NCBI GenBank assembly: GCA_030324005.1
Contig: JARDVH010000059.1
Span: 65,704,132-65,768,131 of the forward strand
DNA: 64,000 nt
Reading direction: 5' to 3'
Origin: Negaprion brevirostris
Taxonomy: Eukaryota
Shown here in pieces: positions 13,543 through 24,649 of this stretch; positions within the stretch are counted from its first letter, which is position 1; every line of letters begins with the position of its first letter. Both the position numbers and the translations under genes were made by a program. Below the pieces are notes generated by a model, which was given only the letters and a program-made list of their open reading frames with translations, was not told the origin of the DNA and made no database searches.

Positions 13543-13618
13543 CATTTATTAAGCAAAGAAGAGCAGGATTGAATGAATTCATTCAGAAACTAGTATCACA
13601 TCCAACATTAAGTCAACA
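13543..13618 (+). CDS. SGK3: SGK3 coding exon 3 (PX domain)
   Basis: aacAG|CATTT...CAACA|GTaagt; 76 nt, (A)FIKQRRAGLNEFIQKLVSHPTLSQ(H); contains the PI3P-binding QRR motif. Confidence 0.96.
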
Positions 13619-13774
13619 GTAAGTTTCATGTCATTTCTTCCATAAAATGCTAACCATCTTCATTTTAATCGATGCATTACATATTAAATATGGGAATTTT
13701 TGTTAGCAGCTAAAGCAGCTTTCTGAATTAAATGCAGCTGAATAACCTTTTTTTTAATAGTTTTTTCAAGTTCA

Positions 13775-14115
13775 TTCTTGACATGTGAGCATTGTTGGCA
13801 AGGCTCCAATTTATTGCCCGGGAGCAGGTGAGCCACCTACAAATCAGTAAATTGCTAGACCATTTTAGAGGCAGTTAAAAAATCAATCATGTTGTGGGTC
13901 TGAGTCAGAAGTAAATCGAATGAATGTTGAGTGCTGAATGAGCTTTTATAACAATCCGCAGTTTCATGATATTAACAAGTGTAGTTTTTCAAATTCCAGA
14001 TTTAATAATTAACCAAATCCTTTAGTGGCCCTGATGGAATTTGAACTTGTCTCCATAGTATTAGTCCAGGTTTTTGGATTATGAGTGTGGTAACATAACC
14101 ACTACACTACTGCCC
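13775..14115 (-). mobile_element. tRNA-derived SINE, degenerate
   Basis: atttattgccc tail at left; ggaatttgaac...aaccactacactac (reverse complement of a tRNA head) at right. Confidence 0.5.
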
Positions 14116-15394
14116 CTGTTTCTTATAAATGCTATTTCTGTAATTCTACTGTATAAAGTTGTAGGATAGCTGTTGTGAAAAATAAATATGATTTTGCAAC
14201 ATATTGGAATTGCAACTTATTGAATCAGATTGAAGTTGAAGATAGCCTAGGGTAGCCCCTGAGATTGGTTGCATAGATTGTGATACAAGGTTGACCCATC
14301 TCTGTTTATTGCAAAGCAGTCATATTCAACTTCCTGTTTCCCCACTGATTTAACTGATCTAAGCATCCAACCTGTGTCAATTATGCTGTTAATTGGCTGG
14401 ACAAGACAGCAAGAGGCCACTATCACTAAAGTTAACGTTAACCTTCACTGCTATCATGTTGACTGGAGCAGATGCTGCAGCCATGAAAGAAGTTTATCTG
14501 ATCTCCGGAGTATTTTTTTAAATAACATGGGAGATAACAGGCTTCAAGATTTTCAGGCACTGCTCTGGAAGCCTTGAAGACCAAGTTGCAAACAAGGAGA
14601 GATGTCCTGTAATCATTCATATCGAATTTATAGCACAGCAACAGTTCATTCTGCCAGGCTGTTCCATATTGGTGTTTATGCTCCACGTGAGCTGCCTCCA
14701 CCATTGCTTCATCTCTCCTTATCAGCATATACTTCTAGTCCTTCCTCTTTTATTTGTTTATCTAGCTTTCCCTAGATTTACCTATCCTCAACCACTTCAC
14801 ATTATAATGAGTTCCATGTTCTCACTCTGAGTGAAGAATTCTCTATTAATTTTATGAGTGACTACCCTGTATTTGTGACCTCTAGTTCTGGCCTCTCCCA
14901 CAAATGGAAATATCTTGTCGATGTCTGCCTTTACTCAATTTTAAAGACCTCTGTCAAATCACCCTTCAGCCTTTGCTTTTATAGAATTATAGAAGCCTTA
15001 CAGTGCACAAAAAGGCCATTCAGCCCATTGAGTTTGTACCAATCCTACTCAGATCCTGTCCTCTTAACCCCATGTTTGTCATCAAAGCTCAAATACGAAT
15101 GCCACAGAATGTAGGCATTATCATGACTATTGCCAGGATACTGGACATTGATCTGCATGGCATTCTGCCTTTGGTCACATTCTACCTTGACGTTCAGGGA
15201 GTGGAATCATTTAGCTTATGTATATTGAGGACTATGAGCTGCTGTAGCAGCTCCCTTTTAAAACTTCTAGTAGCGTGTCAGCATGGCTTTTGATATTTTA
15301 TGAGCATTTTTGTATTTACAATTTTTTTATTATACTCCTTCCTTTGGAATATCAAAGCATGTTGCCATTAAAAATGTGATTTGTTTTTCTTTAG

Positions 15395-15482
15395 CCTTGA
15401 GGTTCGAGCATTTCTTCAAATGGACAACCCAAAGAATCAGTCAGATCCCTCAGAAGATGAGGATGAAAAGCTTGGTCATATG
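15395..15482 (+). CDS. SGK3: SGK3 coding exon 4
   Basis: ttAG|CCTTGAG...CATATG|GTagta; 88 nt, LEVRAFLQMDNPKNQSDPSEDEDEKLGHM; donor chosen by phase fit. Confidence 0.9.
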
Positions 15483-15592
15483 GTAGTATCACAGATAAAT
15501 TCTTTAGTTTTAAAATGCACTTACTGCCTCAAACTGGGCATCTTTTATCATGCTCATGCCACAGAAATCTAAGATCATTTTTATTTCCACAG

Positions 15593-15642
15593 CAACATTC
15601 TACCTCTGAAAGCATTTATCTTGGTGTGTCAGGAAATCCCCA
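15593..15642 (+). CDS. SGK3: SGK3 coding exon 5
   Basis: cacAG|CAACAT...CCCCA|GTgagt; 50 nt, QHSTSESIYLGVSGNP(Q). Confidence 0.93.
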
Positions 15643-15844
15643 GTGAGTACTTTATAGTTCTGGTCATTTATTTTGGTATTTGATTGTAATAAAAACTTCA
15701 ATCACTTTGCCCTTTAAAAATAACTGTGTCATATCGTTGCGTTGTCCAATTTTATGTTACACAAAATTGCAATTTCATGTTTTGCGTATTTTAACCCACA
15801 CAACTTCACTTTTTGACTTTTATGGGATTGGTATTTTGTTTCAG

Positions 15845-15902
15845 GGCTCAGCCAACAGACTTTGCTTTCCTGAAGCTAATTGGCAAAGGAAGCTTTGGCA
15901 AG
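15845..15902 (+). CDS. SGK3: SGK3 coding exon 6 (kinase Gly-rich loop)
   Basis: ttcAG|GGCTCAG...GGCAAG|GTaaga; 58 nt, AQPTDFAFLKLIGKGSFGK. Confidence 0.96.
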
Positions 15903-16116
15903 GTAAGATTTTGAATATTCCATTTTTTTCTTGCTCACTGTAATGCATTAGCTGCAACATTTCGCAGGTTCAATGTGCTATGACTTTTATCCATTAACTG
16001 ATGGCTCTTGTGAACAGGCAGATGGGCAAACTGTACTTCTTTCCTCACACCAAAAGTCCACAAGCAGAAGCTACTTTGAATTATTTTTTAAAGAATGCTT
16101 TGGTGTGTTTTCCCAA

Positions 16117-16277
16117 GATGTGGAGAGACCAGTGTTGGATTGGAGTAAGCACAGTAAGAAGTGTCACAACAGCAGGTTAAAGTCTGTGTCAATACACACG
16201 CTCTTCTGGGAGGTCCTCTCCACTTGGAGCTGGCGTCTTTAACCTGTACTTTAACCTGGTGCTGTGAGACTTCTTAC
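16117..16277 (-). mobile_element. Fold-back Penelope-like fragment with 13-bp TSD
   Basis: Inverted arms of the same tail; flanked by TGTGTTTTCCCAA at 16104-16116 and 16278-16290. Confidence 0.65.
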
Positions 16278-17029
16278 TGTGTTTTCCCAAACCCTTGGTT
16301 ACTACTTTTCTAGTAACTTGCCTTAAACTCATGTTATGGTTAACAAAGGAGGCTAATTTATTTCACAGTCAAAACTTGGATGAGGAATGTTTGCAAGTTG
16401 CATTCCACTATGCATACAATAAGGGTGGTGTGTGTGTGAAGGGGGTGTGAAGAAAAGAAAAGAGGTTTACGGCAGTGGATAGTAACAGCACAAGAAACAC
16501 AGAATTGAATATTAGTTCACATGATTTCCAAAGTCCAAGAAGTCAAATTTCAGAGGGTTGCTCCTTCATGGTGGAGTTCAGTCCTGATTAGTTTCGATTG
16601 GCAACAACAATATAAAAATTCTTGAAATGAATGACACTGCTGCATGCTGGGCTTTCTGTGCTTAGACTACTTGGCAGGCATTGATTAGAAACTCCTAAAA
16701 TCAAGCAGGCTTCAGGAAGTTGAGAGACGGTAATTGGTGCTTGCTGAGACAGGCTGCTATAGTCCTTTCAAGTTGGTGTTAAAACAACAGCCTGAGGATT
16801 TCTTAATTCTGAAAAGAATATGGAAATTTCAAAATGGTCACTCAAGTCATGTGACTTTTCTCCCTGATGATTTCAAAAAGGATGTTTATCTGGTATTTGG
16901 AACTGCCTTTGATTCAGTCCTGAATCAATGTCCTAGCCATTAGTTTGAGGTTTAAATCATTTAAAAGCATTTTTGCGGGCTTTTTGTATCTACCACTTTA
17001 AGAATTGTAAGGGAGTAGGATAGCAGAGA

Positions 17030-17360
17030 CTGTGGGGGAGCAGGCTTTAAAACAGCACCAGGTTTAAAAGGAGGCCTGGTGCAGACAGCGGGCAGCGTCG
17101 GAGTGAGAGGGAAGCAGAGTGAGCTAATAGGGCTTAGGATAAAAAGGGCTGGGGAGAAAAAGGGCCAGGTAAGTTCNNNNNNNNNNNNNNNNNNNNNNNN
17201 NNNNNNNNNNNNNNNNNNNNNNNNNNNNNNNNNNNNNNNNNNNNNNNNNNNNNNNNNNNNNNNNNNNNNNNNNNNNTCAGATCAGCCATGATCTTATTGA
17301 ATGGCGGGGCAGGCTCGAAGGGCTAGATGGCCTACTCCTGCTCCTACTTCTTACGTTCTT
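17030..17360 (+). mobile_element. Probable CR1 5' UTR and 3' end separated by a 100-N gap
   Basis: GC-rich leader ending CAG|GTAAGT, gap, then a little-diverged CR1 3' end tcagccatgatcttattgaatggcggggcaggctcg. Confidence 0.5.
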
Positions 17361-17408
17361 ATTACAAGAAGCCATTATCTAGGCTGACCCGCTGACTCTG
17401 CTAAAGGG

Positions 17409-17542
17409 TGGTACGAAGTCTCACAACACCAGGTTAAAGTCCAACAGGTTTATTTGCTGGCCAAATAAACCTGTTGGACTTTAACCTGGTGTTGTGAGGC
17501 ATCTTACTGTGTTTGCCCAGTCCAATGCTTGCATTTCCACAT
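17409..17542 (+). mobile_element. Fold-back Penelope-like fragment with 13-bp TSD
   Basis: Perfect 37-bp inverted arms 17420-17456/17462-17498; TSD CTCTGCTAAAGGG at 17396-17408 and 17543-17555. Confidence 0.7.
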
Positions 17543-17898
17543 CTCTGCTAAAGGGGTCAGCTTATTGAGATACAAGTGATGTCATTGTCCCTTTTTGAAA
17601 GGAATCTGGATGGTATCAGGTGTGGGATGAGTCTGTTAATAGCCCTGCAGGCATGATATTCAACCTGCAAGTCATTTTGTGGTTACAAGGAGTTTGTGTA
17701 ATGAGGTGTGAGAGAGGCATTATTTTGTTCCTGTAACTGTTGTTAGTAGCTTCCAGAACAAAGGGCCAATCCCCGTGCAGCCTCCTTTTGGGTAATCAGA
17801 AAGTCAATTTAAAAAGAGCAAAATCCATTAAAGTTTGATATATATTGTCTTGATTTTGTGTCTTATTGATCTAACAACAACTAAAATTGTATTGTTAG

Positions 17899-17982
17899 GT
17901 TCTACTTGCGAAACATAAAATCGATGGGAAATTTTATGCAATTAAGGTCTTGCATAAGAAAGTAATCCTAAAGAAGAAAGAG
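17899..17982 (+). CDS. SGK3: SGK3 coding exon 7 (catalytic Lys, YAIK)
   Basis: gttAG|GTTCTA...AAAGAG|GTgaca; 84 nt, VLLAKHKIDGKFYAIKVLHKKVILKKKE. Confidence 0.95.
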
Positions 17983-18075
17983 GTGACATTAAACATTTAA
18001 TTTATTACCAGATTTGTTTTGGTAGTTTCTTGATTTGTGTGTGCATTTCAGATGTTAAAATATTTTTTAATGCAG

Positions 18076-18207
18076 CAAAGGCACATTATGGCTGAGAGAA
18101 ATGTGTTGTTGAAAAATGCGAAACATCCCTTCCTGGTTGGGCTTCATTATTCATTCCAAACCACAGACAAGCTCTACTTTGTTCTGGATTTTGTTAATGG
18201 TGGAGAG
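18076..18207 (+). CDS. SGK3: SGK3 coding exon 8
   Basis: tgcAG|CAAAGG...GGAGAG|GTtagt; 132 nt, [44 protein letters not shown]. Confidence 0.96.
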
Positions 18208-18673
18208 GTTAGTATTTCTATTTGAAGCAGTTGACTACTACAAACAGGTAACACTGAACTGTGATCTGCTATGACACCAAAAGAAACAGATTTCAGTATG
18301 TTTTAACACTTTAGAAAATTGATACTAATGTTAAAATGAAAAGACAAAAACAGACTACTGAAAGCTACTTGTGGGTAATTACATATAATAACTACTTCCT
18401 GTTTATTTTGATTTTGTTTTCTTTTCCCTTTGTCATATGTAGCATCAGTGTAGCTAATTTGTTCCAAGTTCTGCACTGGTGTTACATTAAGTATGCAAAA
18501 AAAATGCACTTCCTTATTATAAGGCCACTCGTGTATTACAATGCAGCCACTTGCGTGTGAGGAAGCAGCTGGCCTCAGTTTAATATCTTTTCCATTTCCC
18601 TACCGGCATTTTTGATTTGAAACTCCTTTCACCCCGAAATGAAAAGTTAATTCCAGTAGTCAAAACGTTATGC

Positions 18674-18890
18674 ATTCCTTCTTGGCCTTTTGGCTAAGAT
18701 CAAATGTAGTTTTGGCATCCTGCACTTGATTGAAGTCATGGGGTTACTCTGAGGCTTCATTTGAAGCAATTTTTTAAAGCAGCATCTAGGCCTTTTGGCT
18801 TAGGTGCAAATGAGATCGAGCCTTGGAGAAGGTGCAATGCCTGCTCTGTGAGAAACACAGCTCACAGTTAAACAATTTAGTCAAGTCAAG
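18674..18890 (+). mobile_element. U2 snRNA-headed interspersed repeat (candidate SINE), copy 1
   Basis: 18674-18710 matches U2 nt 1-37 at 33/37; second U2 module at ~18785-18805; 3' hairpin CTGTGAG/CTCACAG, then a (TCAAG)2 tail; possible TSD GTTATG; colinear with copy at 63849. Confidence 0.75.
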
Positions 18891-20612
18891 TTATGAAGGA
18901 GCAAGATTTTTATTTAACTTTCTTGCAAGACCAGGTGTCCAACAAAATAGGCACACCTTACATCGATTTGCAGCACATTTTTATACTTTTTTACAAGCAT
19001 TGTAATGGCTNNNNNNNNNNNNNNNNNNNNNNNNNNNNNNNNNNNNNNNNNNNNNNNNNNNNNNNNNNNNNNNNNNNNNNNNNNNNNNNNNNNNNNNNNN
19101 NNNNNNNNNNATAATGTGGGTTATCAATGTGCCTGGCTATATCCGGTCTACCTAACTCTAAGCTATTTCTCTATGCTGTACAGATATGTGTTAACAGCAT
19201 CTTTACCTATTGCTCACATGCTCCAATCAGCTTGGATTATATAGATTAGGCCCAAGACAGGAAGTGGTGAGCCTCTCTTGTCAGCTTGGATCTGGAATGC
19301 CTCACTTGCTGAGACTTAGAATTGGACTTTTATATATATCTAATTCAATGCAATCAAAAAAAATTATTTTCTGTGTTCTTCCACCCTTGAGTTTTGAGCT
19401 TTATAGTCTTGCCTATTTCTGTAGTCTGCTCCAAATCTCAGCACAACTATTTTTTTGTCCAACTTTTGCTACTAGCACATGCATCACTTTCTTCACCACA
19501 CCATTTGTAACTCTGTCTTCAGCTTTCCAACTCCTAACTTGTGGAATGTTCTGCAACCTTGCACCTCTCTATCTCATTCATTGGCTTAAAAAGTGCTGTT
19601 TGCTATTTACTCCTTTGACCCAGCTTTTAATCATCTAGAATCGTATTTTCTGTTTGGGCTCTGTCAATTTTTGTAAGATAATACTCTTTTGAAGCACTTG
19701 TTATGATCCCGGAAAAGACCAATAACTTTAAATAAGAGATTTTATTTCCCAAATGACTGAAAGGGTCATATGTTAAGATTCAAATTTGAAGACTTTTACT
19801 GTTTACTGTACTAAAGCAACATCAACTAAACGCCATTTAAGGGCAACAATACTCTAAACTACAGCAAAGACATCCCCCCATTTCTTAATGACTAAAAAAC
19901 CCATGCCATAGATAAAATTTATTGCCTGCTGTCCGCAGAGTTTACAGTCTTTATGGGAAACAGTTACTCCCAGCTTCCAATAGGTTCGCTTCTCACTGTT
20001 TCATTGAGTCTCAAAAGATTTTCCAGCTTTTCCCACCAGTGGGATCTTGCAGTACCGCTGAAGGCAAGCCTCTGCAGCAGGGCAGGCAAACTTTGGCAGG
20101 ACAGAAACATCCCACTGCTGCCAATGACTCTACTGCCAGAAAACATCAGGGCTGGGGGTGGAGGAATCCCACCTGTCCGTCTGTCCACAATGTTGAGTGA
20201 TTGTCGAAATGTCTTTCTCTCAATTTCCAAAGAAGTTCCAAACCAACTGCCAGTAGTTAGACTTGCTCTGCCAATTCTTGGCCACGCTAGGACAAATCTT
20301 TCAGATTGCTTAGATCGCCAAGGGATGCATCTCTTCAACAGAAACCATCTTTCCTCTCGTATCTTGCCTTGTTGTCTACAGAAAAGACATACTCTGCTGT
20401 ACTGATTATACCAGCTACACCTCTCTGTGAGAACTCCCCTCTCTGTATCTCTTTCTGTCTGAAATTTCAGCAATAAAGTGTGCCACAGCTGTTTTTACCT
20501 TTGTTGTAGGTGTGAACATTTTACATGGTGATTGGGGGACCAAGCAAGATGATAACTAAGCCACCTGACTTCTTGTCAGGCAGAACTTATAACTGATTAC
20601 ATGACCCTCCAT

Positions 20613-20891
20613 TCATTGAATCCCTACAGTGTGGAAGAGGCCATTTGACCCGTCGAGTTTGCACCAACTCTTTGAAAATGCACCTGACCCCACCTTNNNN
20701 NNNNNCCCCACACATTGATCATGGCCAATCCACCTAACCTGTACATCTTTGGACTGTGGCAGGAAGGCAGAGCAACCAGAGGAAACCCACCCAGACACGG
20801 AGAACATGCAGACTCCACAGACAGTCACCAAGGCTGGAATTGAAACCAGGTCCCTGGCGCTGTGAGGCAGCAGTGCTAACCATTGTGCCAC
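20613..20891 (-). mobile_element. HE1-like tRNA V-SINE, near full length
   Basis: Head gtggcacaatggttagcactgctgcctcacagcgccagggacc; CR1-like tail; CCCTCCA flanks both sides (possible TSD). Confidence 0.85.
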
Positions 20892-21655
20892 CCTCCACTT
20901 TATCCTGAATTAAAGCAGCAAAACAGTCCAGGGGCCACACGCAGCCCATCAGGGTTCAAAGTGAGACCCATGAGACATTCTTGATGTTGCCCACATGCAG
21001 AATTGCCACATTCTGCTGTTTTCCATCTGCATAGCATTTTTCCTACTGGTAAGACCAAAATTATATGCACGTATAGCAAGAGCATGTGAAGTGGTGATGA
21101 TTGCACACAACAATCAGCCATATGCTCCCTCTGTCCAATCAAACGTAAATATTTAATTTTTAACACTTGAAATTGATAGTTCCATTAATATAAACGATTA
21201 AGCATTTTCTATCAATTAAGAAATATTCACTGTGTATTAAATGTATCAATCTTATTCGAGGGTCATAGTTAGTGAACATGCCCGTTTTTAATCCTGCGGC
21301 CTGCTGAGATGAAGAGGGCCACTCATGCGGCCCACTTGCTAGCCAAGGTTGTCCATCACTAAATCAAAAGTATAGTAATTAAACATAATTATCTTAAAAC
21401 CTCACGCGCAACACATCATAGACTGTTCTACTACATTAAAGGCATAATAATGCAAGATGATACAATGTCACTGTAAGTACTGTTCACGTGAAACCTTCCC
21501 TCTCTGTGTATAAGCCATGATTAATTTGTCTGTTTAAAAAGTGGCAGCACATGTACTAACGAATTTAAAACAAAAATGTTTCTTCTTAGTTCCTGGAAAG
21601 TTTGTGCTGTATTTAAGCATCATGAGTTAATGTACTTACCCTGAACTATTTTCAG

Positions 21656-21768
21656 TTGTTCTTCCATCTACAAAGGGAGCGATGCTTCCCAGAAGACAGA
21701 GCCAGATTTTATGCTGCAGAAATGGCCAGTGCACTGGGATATTTGCATTCACTCAACATTGTTTACAG
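21656..21768 (+). CDS. SGK3: SGK3 coding exon 9
   Basis: ttcAG|TTGTTC...TACAG|GTatcc; 113 nt, [37 protein letters not shown](R). Confidence 0.96.
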
Positions 21769-22338
21769 GTATCCTATTTTTCTAAACTTAATGTAAATCA
21801 TTACAGTCCGCTATAAATAATGCATTATCAGTACAAGCTTTTCATTGTAAAATTAAAATTATATTGTACAATTATATATATATCAATGCACAATACTATC
21901 AAGTGATTGCTTGATCTTCCAACTCAAGCCGAGTGTGATCTGGACACTGTCTCTGGGGCCTAGTATTAAGGGCTGTAGAGTCTTGGGTATGTAAATGTAA
22001 ACCAGGTAAGTTTAAAATTCCTTGACACGGCAGGGAGAGGTATATAAGATAAGGGGTAGGACTTTCTTGTGGGGGGAACAGGAGGAAGAGTGTCAGGTTG
22101 GGCTTGGGTCTTGGTCTTGGTGTTGGGGGAGGGCGGGGAGGGGCAGGGGCAGGGCAGGGCTGGGCCAGGTCGGGCCTTGGAGAAGGGATGATGGGTTGGA
22201 GTCAAACGTGGATAGAAGATTGGTTGACAAATAGGAGNNNNNNNNNNNNNNNNNNNNNNNNNNNNNNNNNNNNNNNNNNNNNNNNNNNNNNNNNNNNNNN
22301 NNNNNNNNNNNNNNNNNNNNNNNNNNNNNNNNNNNNNA

Positions 22339-22455
22339 GAGGGCGGGAGTGTGGAACTGAGCCACGACAGATCAGCCATGATCTCATTGAATGGCGGGGC
22401 AGGCTCGAAGGGCTGGATGGCCTACTCCTGCTCCTATTTCTTATGTTCTTATGTT
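22339..22455 (+). mobile_element. CR1 3' end
   Basis: gatcagccatgatctcattgaatggcggggcaggctcgaaggg...ttcttatgttcttatg. Confidence 0.8.
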
Positions 22456-23236
22456 GGAGGGGTTGGGTCAGGCATTAGTGAGAATGGGAGAGGAGAAAGA
22501 GCTCCATGGGGGTGGAGAGTTCCATTGGAATGAGAGGAATTCTGTTTGCTGGGAAATTCACATTCGGGGTTGTGATCCCTTGTGGGGTGAGTAGGTAGTG
22601 GGGGGTGATGGGGAGCCACGTGGGGTGTCTAGATGGTAGGGAAATGCCCTGGGTCAGGTCTATAAATAGTTATCCAGAAGCTAGAATTGGTTTTAATTAT
22701 TTTCATTGTTTCTACATAACCATTGATGTAATCAGGAAACATCTGATGTTTTGAGATTGAAATCACGTTTTTGGATGGCTCCCAGTGCAGGACAATAATC
22801 CATGGAAAGTTTGCTCTGTGCCAACTTTACCTATGAACCTTCAGGGAGGACTGGTATGGGTTCCTTTAGTGCACCTGCACCTTTGGGGTATGCTTGAAAT
22901 ACTACACCCTGGAGCTCAGAAGTTATGGCCCAATTTCTGAACAACTGTGGTCAGACCACTACAAGATGTTGGAAGTGTCACTAAATCAGTTTGATATTTG
23001 ATATTGTCTGATATTTTTGGCAGTGCTGTTGATGGTAGTGTTGCAGTGGCTGCATGTATATATTTATTGATCTGATTTGTTTGTACCAGAAGGAAACTGA
23101 GTCAGTTTTTTACATTTTAAATTTGATTAATCAATGATTTTTCCCAAATGTTCTCTCTTCAATTTTCTCACTACTTACTGCAGTATTAAATTACATGCTG
23201 TTTGACTTGATATTAATTTATTTCCTTTTATAATAG

Positions 23237-23273
23237 GGATTTGAAACCAGAAAATATCCTTTTAGACTCTCAG
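23237..23273 (+). CDS. SGK3: SGK3 coding exon 10 (catalytic loop, 37-nt exon)
   Basis: aatAG|GGATTTG...TCTCAG|GTatgc; (R)DLKPENILLDSQ. Confidence 0.96.
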
Positions 23274-24649
23274 GTATGCACATGAATTTCCTATTAGTAA
23301 ACCAATATGCCACCCAACTTCTCTGTTCTTCTTTAAATGCTCAGACTGAACTCTTGCAATAATAACTTCAGTTTGATTCCTTAAGAAAACTGAAATAGGG
23401 GCCACTATTAAGCTCCATTTCTCAATATTAGTCTGTAATGTGGAAACAGAAATTAAGTAGAGCTATAGTGTTAGATGCAGTATTTTGATCAGTTTTAATG
23501 TAAATTTAAATGTTTCTCAACAAAAATTACAGACTACTTAGTGATGGTAAACATCAAATCCCATGGTGGTTTTTGGTGCAGATGATGCAATGGCATTGAC
23601 GGTGGTGGTATAACTGAAGGCAATGGCCATAAAATTCAGTGGGGCTTGAAAATAGACCTGGGGATTATGCTACACAAATAACCAACAGCTGCTATTTCAG
23701 GCAGCACTCAAACTTCAATGGTGCAGTGTACTGAAAAAGGCTGATGATGCTTAGTGCATTGGCAGGCTTGCCAGAAAGTCTGGTGTTAACATCAAGGAAC
23801 TTCGAGGTGTACATCATCAACCTTGTGCATAAAATTGCACAGAACTTAAAGCACATCCTTTCCAGCTCCAAGTCCATTACTACATTCGTAGGCCCAGTCA
23901 TGGTGCAGCATTTGATGGTGATGTGCCAACTTCCTTAAAGAATATGCCACCCAACTTCTCTGTTCTTCATTAAATGCTAAGACTGAACTCTTGCAATAGT
24001 AACTTCAGAAAAGTCCATGCATATTTTGGATGTGAAATTGCACTACATAAGTAGTCCACAAGGCACTGTGACACATCATCACTGTGCATACCAGTGTTTA
24101 ACAGTAATATTAGCTGTTCAACAGATTGTTAGGATGGCTGAAGCATTGCAGTGGAAGAATGGCAGTATCCTGAGGTGCATAAACCTCATTTTGAGTCCTC
24201 TCTGAAGATGGCAGAATTCATTTTTCCATACTGCCACTACACCAGGCATCTTTGCCTGTCAGCTAGCTAACCAATACTGTTATTGTCCGTAGTGAGATGC
24301 TGCAAAATGCAGCTGGAACTTCTAGGCCAGAGTTGAGCAAGGCCATCTGTATCAAAGTCAGCAGTCTTCCACTGACCATGCTGCAGCCACTGGAGCAGCA
24401 TTGCATAGGATGACTAGGACAGGCAAAGATACACCAAAGAGGGCACTAAGGGAATGCTCCAGAGTGATTAGTTGACTTTTGTCTGGAATATTGGATTGTT
24501 TGATAAGGTTTATTTGGAATGTTGTGGTGGAATTTATTTCAGTGTTGCAAACAAGTAGACACTCCAATGATCAATAATGGGGGAAAATAAATGGTAAGAT
24601 TGGTGAATGGGAAATTGAAGTTGAATTCGCTGGCACTAGAGTCAGATGA

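Noticed and set aside
18674-18710. Functional U2 snRNA gene
   Set aside because: Homology ends at nt 37; no stem IIa/IIb, stem-loops III/IV or recognisable PSE. The same holds for the copy at 63849
19922-20473. Antiparallel 150 and 169 aa ORFs
   Set aside because: No protein family features; the region starting TGTTATGATCCC at 19699 looks LTR-like, but I could not define its right end or TSD
20860-20891. tRNA gene-like A/B boxes here and at 34223, 40481 and 31711
   Set aside because: These are SINE heads followed by V-domain and LINE-derived tails, not tRNA genes
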